A stretch of 64,000 bases of DNA from Azolla caroliniana (taxonomy: Eukaryota > Plantae > Polypodiophyta): positions 4,774,001 to 4,838,000 of the forward strand of contig JBHGNT010000008.1 of the NCBI GenBank assembly GCA_043228905.1. The letters run 5' to 3'. Positions 35,701 through 47,700 of the stretch are shown here, in pieces. The notes under the pieces were generated by a model. That model worked only from the letters and a program-made list of their open reading frames with translations. It had not been told where the DNA came from and did not search any database. A program made the position numbers and the translations under genes. How positions within the stretch are numbered: the stretch's first letter is position 1; each line of letters begins with the position of its first letter.

Positions 35701-38216
35701 TAAAAGTGATGAAGTAAGAGGCACCGCCGAGAGACTGATGCGGCATTGGGCCACAGACGTCCGAGTGGACCAAATCGAGAGGTCTCGTTTCTCTTGGTGC
35801 TGATGTCGGGTGTGATGCGGCTGCTTGTTTGCCATACTGGCAATGTTCGCAGAATTGATGGTCGGAGAAGGAGAGTTTGGGGATGTATCCGGCTCTAGAT
35901 AGATGCGTAATGCCGGCCTTGCTGAGGTGTCCTAATCTTCGGTGCCATAGTGATGACACAGGAATATCCACCAAAAACAGGTTACCCTCTCTGAGCGTAA
36001 CATGTAACGGATACAGGGAGTGTATCTTGGGTCCTCTAGCAAGCAGGAGGTTCCCCCTGTGGAGTGTCCACCCTCCCGAAGAAAAACCGGCACGAATGCC
36101 GTCTTCATCTAGTTGTCCGACTGAGATCAATGGCCTTGAGAGCTCGGGTACATGTCGGACATTGTGGAGTACAAGTGTAGAGCCACCTGCAAGGTTGAGC
36201 TCTACTGTGCCGATTCCGATGATGTCACAGTGTTGTGAGTTGCCGACTCGAACTGAGTCGGAGTGACGGATCGTATATTGCCGAAATTGGGATCGATGAG
36301 GAGTCACGTGAAATGACGCTCCCGAATCTAAGAGCCATGTGCTCGATTCTTCAGTCGTGAGCAGAACTTCTGATCCGACTGGATTTTCGATTGATAGTAT
36401 ATTCGGGTCGTCTGGTAGCACATCAGCTGAGAAGCTGACGTAATTGATCTCCTCATGCTGGCCACTCTTCTTGTTGTTCTTGTTCTTGAGTGCGCGGCAG
36501 TCGGCTTTGATGTGTCCGGGTTTCTTGCAATAGTTGCAGATTCGGTTATCCCGTGACTGGCTCCGTCTTCGCTGATTGTTCGGCGGCCGTGAGGAATCTC
36601 TTCCTCGTATGTTCGATCGGTCTGTCGAACCTTGTACTACGTAAGCGTCGTCTGTTGAGTCTTTGGCGAAAGACTTTCTCCGAGCTGCTTCGGTCAGGAT
36701 TGCGCTCGTGACTTCGGAGTATTTAACAGCCGTGGTTGACGCGTTGCACACGGTTGTGACGAAAGTTTCCCATGATGAGGGAAGGCTGCTCATGAGTATC
36801 ATTGCTCTGAGTTCATCCTCGATTGCCGTCCCCTGAGATGAGATTTGGGAGCTTATGCTTTCGTACTCATTGAGATGTGCTTGAACCGAATCGGATTCTT
36901 TCATCCGCAAGTTGTAGAGGCGCCGGATCAGAAACATCTTCGTTGCGGCGACCTTCTTTTCGTAAGTGTCCGACAGTGTTTTCCACAGTTCGAATGCTGT
37001 CGTACACGATTGCACCGTAAAGTATACCGATTCCGATAGGTGCATCCGAATCGTGGCGCGGACGATTCTGTCCAGCTTCTGCCACTCAATTGGTTTGTAT
37101 CCTTCTAGAGGTTCTTCATTTTCGATGGGATCGATTTGCCCCTTGACTATGAGATAGTCCTGCATTTGCTCTTTCCAGAAGTTGAAGTTCGATCCATCGA
37201 ACTTTCGTAGACTCATTTCTGACGAGCCGGATGTTGATGCCATCAAATTCGGTTTTGGTTGAAGAAGCTCAGTTCGGAGTTGACTACGAACCTTGTTGGA
37301 GTGCAGCCGGTTGGCTCACCCGATATCGTTCTAGTCGGATTTGAACCCGAGTCGGTTCGGCTTCGGAACTTGCTCGAATTGACTCCGGTAGCTTGAGGGA
37401 CAGAACCGACTGGTCTTCCCGAATGTTGCCGAGTCGGAGTGAGCCCGGTTCGCTTCGGATATATATGCCGAATACCGATTATTGAAACCGATTATCTGGA
37501 CCGATTCTGCTTCGGGTGACTGCAGCGACGAGAGAGACGGATCCAACTGATCCTCTCGAATGTCGATCAGCCGGATGAAGCACGAATTGGGGTTGTTGTC
37601 TTGAGACCGATCTGCACCGAGTGGTTACAATGAGCGGCGAGCAGCGTTTGATGACCTCTTCGGATGCCGTTTAACCGAATGGAGCACGATCGTGTCAAAG
37701 TTGCACAAGGGGATTTCACCTCGAGCGGTTACGATCACAAGGAACGGAGTACAACCTGCTAGCTTACTCCAAGCAAAAATGATCTAACGCGATGAGATGC
37801 AGGCCTCGTTTTTCTTCTTCTTCTCTCTTCTTCGAATGACGCAGGAAACCGAATGCTGAGACGACGGCCGACAGCGGGATGAAGGACCGAATACTGTGCA
37901 GGCTCTGATACCAGATGTTGGAGACAAGGTCGTCTATGCGGAAGATCAAGAAGCACTCGATTGTGTTCTGAACACCTGCGTATGACAGTTTGTAGGTCGT
38001 TGCACAGAGAGAGAGAGAGAGAGAGAGTGAGAGAGAGATAGAGAGGCACAAAAGACTTCTTATTCCATAAAGCAATAATACAACACCCAACCTTACAAAA
38101 AGGTTACAAGGTCACTATATATAGTGACCGACTTAGGGCAACTACCCTTTATGCTAATTACACAAATGGCCGAAAGGGATAGTGTGAATACGTCCATTAT
38201 ACACATGTATTCGACA
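32736..38216 (-). mobile_element. Tnt1/Tork-like copia family-A copy 3, apparently intact
   Basis: 301-bp LTRs 37916-38216 and 32736-33036 (about 3 mismatches by eye); iMet PBS; PPT; perfect TSD TGGAG. Confidence 0.97.
33230..37246 (-). CDS. gag-pol: Full-length copia gag-pol polyprotein
   Basis: Uninterrupted 1338-aa ORF in gag-PR-INT-RT-RH order with catalytic motifs present. Confidence 0.97.
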   Translation of the reverse strand: MMASTSGSSEMSLRKFDGSNFNFWKEQMQDYLIVKGQIDPIENEEPLEGYKPIEWQKLDRIVRATIRMHLSESVYFTVQSCTTAFELWKTLSDTYEKKVAATKMFLIRRLYNLRMKESDSVQAHLNEYESISSQISSQGTAIEDELRAMILMSSLPSSWETFVTTVCNASTTAVKYSEVTSAILTEAARRKSFAKDSTDDAYVVQGSTDRSNIRGRDSSRPPNNQRRRSQSRDNRICNYCKKPGHIKADCRALKNKNNKKSGQHEEINYVSFSADVLPDDPNILSIENPVGSEVLLTTEESSTWLLDSGASFHVTPHRSQFRQYTIRHSDSVRVGNSQHCDIIGIGTVELNLAGGSTLVLHNVRHVPELSRPLISVGQLDEDGIRAGFSSGGWTLHRGNLLLARGPKIHSLYPLHVTLREGNLFLVDIPVSSLWHRRLGHLSKAGITHLSRAGYIPKLSFSDHQFCEHCQYGKQAAASHPTSAPRETRPLDLVHSDVCGPMPHQSLGGASYFITFIDDSTRKVWAYPIRTKDRVFSIFTDWLAMVENQTDRKLKCFRTDNGGEFKSEEFVKFCRQRGIRREFTAPHSPEQNGIAERMNRTIQERIVSMLQHSGLSDGFWAEALLTAAHIINMSPSRPLGLQIPQELWIGSKPNYEKLRIFGCEAYALIPKDDRRKLAPRSRKCIFLGYGSDGEMGYRLWDPERRQIVRSSDVVFNESAMNPSVEKPIEVRRVTFSDVPTLQEGPALNTRSASRVAEPYITDSDNPDSAQQNNPLSDHPTSIPDATSPILPRRSERLSQPPERYSPGIFFTDAGEPTSYEEASTSVDSATWHLAMESEMHSIRANKTWDLVELPRNQRALPCKWVYRLKETSDSTTPKYKARLVAKGFRQEYGVDFDKIFSPVVKMTTLRFLLGVVAADNLELIQLDVKTAFLHGDLEEEIYMEQPKGFVATGQEHLVCRLRKSLYGLKQAPRQWYKKFDDFIQSIGFSKSDEDHCLFTNTAQDGSPIFLIIYVDDMLISGRHAGQLADLIRQLRLKFAMKDLGPARHILGMKISRHRDKRHLFLSQTDYIRRVLERFNMQSAKSASTPLPMNLRLSQRDCPTSGPEGEDMKSVPYAPAVGSLMYPMVATRPDISHAVGVVSRFMHNPGRSHWNAVKHVFRYLAGTKDHGILFGPNRTSGVVGYTDSDFAGCIDSRKSTTGYCFKFGNGAISWKSKLQECTATSTTEAEYVAASDAAKEALWLGRLAHTFRQVDHDSAPVVYSDSQGAVALSKNPVHHNASKHIDVRYHFVRDCVISGKIGLEKISTTDNVADGMTKCLSADRFRSLRHQMGVTTNQSG

Positions 38217-38742
38217 TGGAGGTGATCTAAGATTTTCATCAACAATATCCCCTAATGTCGACAAACGATTTGGGAAGGCATCGTTGGAGGGGGGATAATG
38301 TCAAGATTCAAACTTTTGACATGACCAAGTTATAATCGAGTGTTATGTGTTAACCACACATCTACCATATAATCATGTATATACTTCCTCATTGTAGGTT
38401 TTAGCTAGCATCATGTGCATAATTTCTCCCTTGTATTATTTACACTTGGCACATGCATGCGTACCTACTGCCTACATGCTCTATTGTATCACATGCGTGC
38501 AACAAGTATGCATGCCACTTAGTATAAATAGTTGAGTTCACCTTCAAGGATTTCAAGGTGAACAATGTCAATCATGGACATATCAATCTAGTATTCCCAT
38601 TTCGCCCATCCTCTCTCCTTGATCTTCATCTCTATCTTTATGCTCTTGTGTCATTCCAAGTCTTAAGTTCCTCGCGTCATCGCTCCGTCATAGCCTCATC
38701 ATCCATGCTCCGTCTTAGTCCGCATTTGGTGTGTCCGTGACA

Positions 38743-41700
38743 TGCAACATGTATCACAAGTCCGAACAAAATCTTCGACAAATTGTCGCATACGGGGCCA
38801 CCAAAATGATCGTTGTACTAAATCTAATGTTTTAGTACTACCAAAATGCCCAGCTGTATATGTGTCATGATAGTTTTGGACTACTCGAAGGTGGAAAGAA
38901 CCATTAGGAACATACAAGAGTTCATTAATGAGTAGTAAATCATCATGATATTTGAATTGTCGATAGTCCGTACCTGGTGGTTGTGATTGTGAACAAGATG
39001 CTCGAGAGGGATCAATTTGTGCTAGAATCGCTTCGGCGAAAGCATCGGTCTTCAAGTCCTCACGTATAGTATCGATAACGTGGGAATCCATTGGCATGCC
39101 AAAGACTTGTGTTGCTTGCAATCGTGTCGGTCCCAAGATTACTTGCTTTTGGTTATCAAAAGCTGGCTTGTCGGGACGTGGTGCTAGGTACGAACGCTGT
39201 GATAATGCATCTGCCTTCCCTTGGTGCTTCCCCGGATGATATGTAATTTTGAAGTCGAAATGCATGAGGAAGTGGGCCCACCGAGCTTGATGTCGATTTA
39301 ACACACGAGCGTCCTGAAAGTAGGCAAGGTTTTTGTAGTCATTGAATACGGTGACTTGATGAGACGATCCCTCTAGAAAATGCCTCCATTGCGTAAAAGA
39401 ATCCACTATTGCCAATAGCTCCTTATCATGAATTTCGTAGTTGATTTCGGCGGTGTCAAACTTGCGTGAGTGAAACGCCACAGGATGTAGCTTCTCATCA
39501 TTACCCCGTTGTGACAGAATGCTCCCCAATGCGAAATCCGATGCATCTGCTTCGATAATGAATGGTTTTTCCGGATCGACATGAGCTAGAATTGGAGCCG
39601 ATGTAAATGACTTTTTAAGACTCTCGAAACCCATGTTCTCTTCTTTAGACCAAACGAACGATTGTCCCTTCCTGGTAAGCTGTGTGAGATGCAGAACGAG
39701 CTTTGAGTAATCCTGTATGAACTTCGGGTAAAAATTGGCAAAGCCTAAAAAGCATTGCACATCTCACACCAAACGCAGAGTCTGCCACTCTACCACAATT
39801 TTGACCTTAGCTGGGTCCATGGAGATGCCTTCCGAGGAAATGACATAGCCCAGAAATTCCACCTGGTTGCACCCAAAACTACATTTTTCTAGCTTTGCAT
39901 AAAGACCATGTTCTCGAAGTCGTTTTAGTACTAACAATACATGAGAATCATGCTCTTCTTGGGTCTTCGAATAAACCAGTAGATCATCCAAATAGATGAT
40001 CAAACAAACATCCAAGAGATCTCAGAATATATCATTTGCCATGTGTTGGAAGACTGCTGGCGCATTAGTGAAGCCGAACGGCATGACTGTATACTCAAAG
40101 TGCCCATATCTGGTGCGAAACGCGGTCTTCCATTCATCTCCTGGTCGGATCCGTACGAGGTTATATGCTCCCCGTAAGTCGATCTTCGTGAAGAACTTGG
40201 CACCATTGATCCGTTCTAAAAGGCTTGAGATAAGGGGAAGTGCATACCTATTTTTGATTGTCACCTTATTCAAGCCACGGTAATCTACAACAAGACGAAG
40301 TGATCCATCCTTTTTCTTGACGAAGAAAATGGATGCGCTGGCTAGAGATTTCGAATGCCGAATGAAACCATTTTCCAAATTCTCCTCTATATAGGCTCAA
40401 AGGACTTCTAGCTCGGTTGGTGACAAATTGTAGATCAGTCCCCATGGTGGCTCTTTCCCCGGTTGTAAAGAGATGGGGCAATCATACAGTCGATGGTGAG
40501 GAAGCGTATTGGCTTGTACTTTATCGAACACATCAGCATAATAATAATACTTCTTTGGAAGTTGAACGGTGGACTCCTCTTTAATGGTGTCTACGGGCTT
40601 TATTGATATTGCGAAGAGAAACATTTCTTCCTTGCGTCCTTCTTCCCGCAACTGATGTAGCGAAATGGTTGCAATCTCATGAGTAGATCCTCGTATTTCT
40701 CTTCTCCAATCTACGTCTGGGTTAAGTAATTCGAACCATGGTAATCCTAAAACAATGGGGTGTTCTGGGATACTAAGTATATTAAATGATACTACACATG
40801 CTAGATTATCTAGGACAAGATTAACGGGCTCTGACTCTTCTATGATATTTCGGGAAGCAATGGGACGACCATAAATGACTACTACAGAGGCTGGACACAT
40901 GAGTTTTCTGAGAGATATTTGATGAGCTTGGGCAATGTTCCTATCCATGAAGCAAGAATTAGCTCCGAAATCTAGAAGTGGTAAGACATGTACTGGAGGG
41001 GTATTTTTAGTACTAATTCTTACTTGGGCTATGAACACATTGCTAACTTGCTTAGAGGAAATGGAACCACTAATGGGTTGCACAGATCTAGGGTTGTCCA
41101 ATTAAACGGCTCCTATTTTGGCTGGACTTAGTCGTTTAACTCTTCTTCTAACTGACTAAGGACATCAAATTTGTTCGCTAGAGTTGGGCTAATAGTACTA
41201 TTAGGACTATCAAATATCCCTACTGAAATAGACTCGGGTTTAGTACAATCAGAACTAGCAACTATTTGGTTTACCTGCCTTCTTGGCGTATGGGGACAAT
41301 TTACCGTGATATGCCCTGGTCCACTGCAATAAAGACATAGTCGGTTTGCTCAGCATCGTTGCTTTTCTTCTTCCGATAGCGGTCCACGACGACGTGTGGT
41401 ATCAATTTCCATCGGAGTTGGAGTACTTGCTGGAGGCGCATTATATGAATCCCTCGGAAAAGGTTTCGCTACCATTGAGGCGTAGGTAGGCTCTGATCTT
41501 GCCCTCGAAATCTGGAATTGTCGTTCCGAACGTCATTCGAAGAGGCAGTTGTTGCATCTCACTGCGCGACTGATTGCTTCTGTTAATGACTTTGGCTATT
41601 CAGGGAAGGTCAAGAGTAAATTCTTGACATCGTTGCGTAAACCATAACGAAATTGCTCCATCAATGCATGATCATCCCAAGGGATATCGGCAGTGAGTAG

Positions 41701-42245
41701 GCGAAAATCTGCAGCATATGCGGAGGTTGGACGGTCACCTTGGCGTAATTGCCGAATTTTGTTGATTGCAGTCCTTATGCTGTCAGTATCTCCAAAACAG
41801 GCCTTAAACTCACGTATAAATTCTTCATAACCTTTTCCAACAATGGAGCAAACCATGCTAACGCTGAGCCACTAAGGAGAGTGCCTACTAGTCCCACTCG
41901 TGATGCATCGGTGGGATATCGAGAAGGATGCATTTGTATCACTAAACGTACCTAATTCAAAAACCCTCTAAACTGTGATCGGGTCCCATCCAATTTCGCA
42001 GGAAGACCGATCTTGGGTTCTTTGTGAATCCCTTGAGTGCTTGATCCTTGTTGTTGTAATGATACGATAGTCACTTCGAGTTGTTGTACACGTAACTTCA
42101 GCTCCCCATGTTGTTTTTCCAGCGCTATTTGTTGAAGATCCCCCAACAAACGATGATTTTCTTGTTCTAGTGCTACAAATTTCTCTTTTAAGCATTGGAG
42201 GTCCGAGAAAACAGATTGGTATTCCGGAGCGCAAACAGTTTCCAT
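38743..42245 (-). pseudogene. gag-pol: Chromoviral gag-PR-RT-RH (broken)
   Basis: ORFs 41952-42245, 41596-41856, 40397-41101, 40022-40378 ([17 protein letters not shown]...MPFG), 39764-40015 and 38699-39760. Confidence 0.9.
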
Positions 42246-44727
42246 TTTATTTTGGAGGATAAGAGGATTAGTAAGAAGATAAAAGGAAGAGGAGGAAAGG
42301 AAGATACAGAAGGAAGAACGACGAAATCGGTTTAAACTATCAGGAACAGTACTAAGACATAAGGAATTAGTACTAAAAGAAGTTTTAGTACTAGGAGAGG
42401 TGAAGAACTCTCGAGAGAAGGAAAGAGTGAGTGAGAGGGGGGCAGAGAGAGAGAGAGAGAGTGAGTGAGTGATGATAAGAAAAGTTATATATTATGTGAA
42501 GAGAATGTATAGTAGTAGCTTGGAGGCTTAAGACTGGTGTTGAACTGATTTGGTTTGAAATAATGCCTTGTGCCTGCTTTTATAGTGTTCTAAGGAATAC
42601 TCCTGAAGTTTCTAGAATGTTCTAGAGAAATCTGGAATATACATCAATTTTCTACATAAATGAAAATAATATTCTACGTATTACAATGTATGGTCTAATG
42701 GTCAAAAGTTCGACCCATGTAGCTTAAGATCATGGGTTCGAGTCTTGCCATATCATGACAGCCTCCTCCTTCGTCCACGAAGCATCCGGCATCATTGTTC
42801 TCAAGAACCTGTCAATTAGTAACCACTCTCCTTCGTACTCCTTCTCTTTGAAGGTGTGGAGGGTTGGCGTGCCCTTGTCTTCCGTTGACAGTCGGGCTGT
42901 CTTGAAGAAGTCGAGGGTGATGTCTTCATCTTCCAAAACCATTGCACTTTCGTTCTCAAATCTTGCTCTTGACAACATGTCAGCCATGAAGTTTTTCTTT
43001 CTTGCAATGTGGTGGATCTCTGGGGTCAAAGACTTTATATAGGTGATCCACCTTAGCATAGCCAGATCTGGAGTCACACATCCTAAGATCATCCCATGGA
43101 TTGGGAGACAATCTGTCTCAATTATCATTTCCGACCCGATCAGGTAGTCCTTGTCTACCTTCACTACAGACACGATACCCCAGAGTTCTCGCTTGACTTG
43201 GGCATATCCTCGCTATCGTTCGCTAAGGACCTTCGCTCCGAACTGGATGGCATACCGTGAGTTATCTTCTCATTCTTGATTGATGACCCACCCGATTCCG
43301 GTTGGGCCCTTCTCACGAATCAAAGGGAACAAATCCCTTCAAACTGGTATCAGAGCTCGAGGTTGAAGATGGAAGGAGGTGTGAGTGGCTTCCTAGGTAT
43401 GATAGTTCTAAACTCTTAGAACTATGCAGACTGGAAGATAAAGATGGATCCATGACCAATGAGCACAAGGAGAAATGGCTAAGTGCAATGCAAGATGAGA
43501 TGGACTCCTTGCATGAGAACTACACCAATGACCTGGTAGAACTACCAAAAGGTAAGAGAGCACTCAGAAACAAATGGGTCTACGAGGTGAAGGCTAAAGA
43601 AGTCGATAACACACCTAGGTACAAAGCCTGCATTGTGGTGAAGGGGTTCCAACAGAAAAAGGGTGTCGACTTCGACGAAATATTCGCACCAGTTGTGAAG
43701 ATGATCCCCATCTGAACTGTTCTGAGCATTGCTGCAAGCATGAATTTGGAGATTGAGCAGTTGGATGTCAAGACAACAATCTTGCACGAGGAACTAGATG
43801 AAGAGATCTATATGCAGCAACTTGAAGGCTTTGTGGAGAAAGGGAAAGAGAACCTGGTATGTTGACTAAAGAAAAGCTTGTATGGGTTGAAACAAGCTCC
43901 AAGCCAATGGTATAAGAAGTTCGAGTCCTTCATGGCGGAACATAGGTTTCATAAAACACAGGTTGATCATTGTGTGTTCGTCAAAAGGTATGATGAAGGC
44001 GACTTCTTAATTCTCTTGTTATATGTGGATGACATGTTGAGTTGGAAAAGAAACAAAGAAGATCGTGAGCTTGAAGAAAGCACTAGGCAAGTCGTTTGCC
44101 ATGAAAGATCTTGGACCGACAAAGTAGATCTTAGGGATGCACATAGTTTGAGATAGAACTAAGAAAGTGTTGTGGTTTGTTGAGAATCAAGCTCAACTTG
44201 GTCTAGTGTGTGAACTCACCTTGAGAGTGAAGAGACACTCCAACGGTCAAGAGTCACCATTATGTCACCACTTTGTATTCTAGCATTTAGTATGAGTCAT
44301 AGAATCATATTCTATGACACATAACTTATGAGCGTTCACATTCCCCATGCTCCATGAGTCTTGTAGTTAATGAAGAGAGAGGGTGACTACATAAAGCACC
44401 CTCCTCCCACCTTGTAAAACGTTGAGTCTTTCTCCTTTGATTAATACACTTTTAACCTTGCGTATACTCTGTCTCTCTGTCTCTCTCTCTCTCTCTCTAT
44501 CTCTCTCACACACACACACAGTTCACACCTATTCCGCTTCACAAGAATCCATCTCTTGATTCTTTACATGGTATCAGACCGATTTGGTAGCTCGATCTAG
44601 CCCATTCGCCTCATCGTGATCGTGTGTTGTGCGCCACGCCGACGACCAAGAACCGGCTCATCGCTATTGTAGCTTCGCTACATAGCTCGCATTCGAAGAG
44701 AGAAGAAGAAGAAGAAGAATCGACATA

Positions 44728-47700
44728 ATGAATACTCAAATGGGGAGCGCTCTCCCTACTGAGAAGTTGGATCGAAAAAACTTCGCATCTTGGGAGTACA
44801 AGATGCACCAATACCTTGTCGGACAAGGCTATTGGAGCTACATCAAAGGAGCGCATGAAGACCGACCCACCAAAGCGGCTCCCGGATATGCAACATGGGA
44901 GCAAGCCACAAGCCGCGTGATGTATTGTTTGGCGACATGTGTTCACAACCACATGCTCGGTTACATTCAAGAAGCCAACACGCCGAAGGAAACGTGGGAA
45001 AATCTACGAAAGATTTTCGCCGCCAACACGACCGCGAGGAAGCTTCAACTCCGCCAAGAGTTGAACAACATTCAACAAAGGGACATGTCCATCACAACAT
45101 ACACCTTGAAGATCAAGGAGCTTTGTGACTCGCTCGGCTCAATAAGCGTAAGTATAGATGATGATGAGATGGTGCAAATATGCCTCGGCGGCCTCGCACC
45201 ATGGTTCGGCGCGATGCGAACCACCATTCTAGCACGGGAGAAATCTCCCTCCGTCTTCGAGCTCTAATCAATGCTATTGGTCAAAGAAAACCACGTGCAT
45301 ACAAGGAGCAATGAGTCGGAAGGCCACATGATCTACACGCACTCTAATGGAGGAAGAGGACGCGGACGAGCGAGAGGCCGATTCGGCCAAGGACAAGGCA
45401 GACGAGGTCCGACCTACGACAACAACTCCCAATTTCGGCCGCAAAACAGAGGCCAACGAGGAACCTTCGCAAGAAGGGGGAGCTTCCACTCCGGCCCGAG
45501 CCGTCAAAATGCAACCGAATGCGGATATTGCAGAAAGCTCGGCCACCACGAAGAAGAGTGTCGAAAGAAGATGCGTGAATCGTCTTCCACAAGCCGACAA
45601 CTCACGAATTACGTGCACAATTCCGACTACGAAGAGTATAGCGGAATGTACGGGCACAACTCCGACTACGAGGATCGTGGCAGAATGTACACATACAACT
45701 CCGACCGTGGCGGAATGTTCATGATGAAACATAGAGCAAAGTCTATGTCGGCCTCTACCTCAACTAGTGCCCTCAATCCGGAGGACGTATGGTTTGTTGA
45801 CTCCGGAGCCTCAAACCATATGACATCCCACAAAGAATGGTTTCCCGAACTTCGAGAGCCGGAGCGACCCGGTTATGTCAAAACCGGAGATGACACTACG
45901 CACCCGATTCGGCACATCGGCAATGTTCCGTTCGGCGAAAGAGGTAAGAAAACATACATTAAAAATGTCTTGCATGTACCCACCATCACAAAGAATTTGG
46001 TCTCAGTCGGCCAAATGGTTGAGCAAGGGATGCAAGTACGATTCGACCAAGAAGGGTGCTTCATCGAAAAAGAAGGCCGAATCATTGCACACGGAAGAAG
46101 AGAGGGCCGGATGTTCATTCTCAATTCGCACGAGATGAAATCCGCCATGTTCACGAAAAGCACGAAAGCCGACTCCGACATAGAGCTATGTGTTGGGAAA
46201 CAGGTCCCTCCGGATGGGAAGGGAGAAGAACAGTGCCGATGAACGAACTCGGCCGAGGCCGAAACCAGATGAGGAGGACCCGGCTACGGAGAGCCGGATG
46301 GTGTAGGCCCGGTATGAACCAGATGAGGAGTACCCAGCTACGGAGAGCCGGATGGTGCAGGCCAGGTATGAACCGGATGAGGAGTACCCGGCTACGGAGA
46401 GCCGGATGGTGCAGGCCCGGTATGAACCGGATGAGGAGTACCCGGCTACGGAGAGCCGGATGGTGCAGGCCCGGTATGAACCGGATGAAGAGACATATTC
46501 GTAAATATGTTTCTGAGAGCCTATCGAGGCTACATTTGTAAATAGCCGAAAAGTCATATTAGTATAAATATGACTTAGGGCAAACTTTTAGCAACGTTGT
46601 TGTCACTTTTCCCTTGTTGGTGCAAGAAGTAGAGAGAGTGCATAACTGTACAGAGAGAGCGAGAGAGAGACAAGGTCGTTGCCTCTGTTGTAACCGCCGC
46701 CTGTGCCGAAGATCATGAGTCCGAGGTCGTTGCCTCTGTGAACTCACTGTTTTGTACATTCATACATAGTGACAGTTTGCAGCCTGTGGGCTGCCGTGGT
46801 TTTTTCCCCTAGTTTGGGGTTTTTCCACGTTAACCTCCTGTGTACCATTTCTCTTCTTTGTGTCGTGTTCTATTTCCTGTTTTCTGTGTATGAAAAGAAT
46901 CTCGGTTGTGGCCGAGTCTTGCACATAAGGAACGACGAGTTCTCGTCACTATGGCATAAGCGAATCTGCCACATCAATCTCAACAAACTCAAAGCAATGA
47001 AATCGAAAGGAGTCGTCATCGGACTCCCGACATTCAAAGAGAAGGAGATTGAAGGTATATGTGAAGCGTGCCAATTCAGCAAGCAACACCGACACCCATT
47101 TCCGAAGGAGCGGAATGTGATCAAAGGCATACTCGACGTAATTCATTCCGATGTATGGGGTTTGGCTCAAACGACGACATTCGGCGGATGCCGATATTAC
47201 GTGCTCTTCATCGACGACTTTTCTAGGCACACTTGGATCTATCCGATGCGGCAAAAGAGCAAAGTGTTCAGACACTTCCAAAATTTCAAGAATGAAGTCA
47301 AGAAAGCCACGGGCCAACATGTACGATGCCTTCGATCGGGTGGCGGCAAGGAGTACTTCTCGGACGATTTCACGACGTATCTCCGAAAGGAAGGAATTCG
47401 GCGAGAATTCACTTGCCGACACACTCCGCAACAAAACGGAGTAGCCGAGCGCAAAATTCGGCACATCCTCGAAGTAGCGCGGGCCATGATGAACGAGAAG
47501 CATATGCCCAAGTCATATTGGACCAAAGCGGCAAATACGGCCGTCTACCTAATGAACCGGTGCACAACATCCGGCGTGCACGAGGTCACTTTGCACGAAA
47601 GATTCTTCGGAAAGAAGCCGAACCTATCACATGTTCGGATATTCGGCTCCATTGCGTACGTGCACATACTCGATGAGAAGCGTCAAAAGCTCGACCTGAA

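Larger units (their letters stand above)
31402..38742 (+). mobile_element. Non-coding miniature LTR element (TRIM-like, ~1.9 kb net) carrying a nested copia
   Basis: 444-bp LTRs 31402-31845 and 38299-38742; PPT GGAGGGGGGATAA; perfect TSD TGCAA. About 970 bp of internal sequence with no recognisable protein domain. Confidence 0.93.
29785..42760 (-). mobile_element. Tcn1-like chromovirus copy 2, degenerate
   Basis: LTRs 29785-30223 and 42338-42760; perfect TSD GCCTC. Contains gag 42245-~41100, PR/RT/RH 41101-38743 (YLDD), integrase 31401-30640 and chromodomain ORF 30216-30638. Confidence 0.95.
657..43310 (-). mobile_element. Outermost, decayed gypsy family-A element (RNase H-integrase part), split into four pieces by nested insertions
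   Basis: Pieces 42761-43310 (RNase H), 28998-29784 (integrase Zn finger and core), 4733-4776 and 657-1197 (integrase C-terminus, PPT GGTTTGGTGGGGGTGGA) join in frame once the inserts are removed (GQKPVMPIERTITSWVAIPWENEMSQEELLA). They match the copy at 52690-54418. Confidence 0.85.

Noticed and set aside
15308-38216. Segmental duplication or assembly artefact as the source of the three copia copies
   Set aside because: Each copy has its own TSD, its own matched LTR pair and private indels.
45614-45720. 39-bp triplication in copia-B gag (HNSDYE repeats)
   Set aside because: Ordinary slippage in a variable linker of a pseudogene.
46056-46557. Arg-rich repeat protein (MNRMRSTRLRRAGWCRPG)n
   Set aside because: Translation of the 54-bp repeat in a solo LTR.
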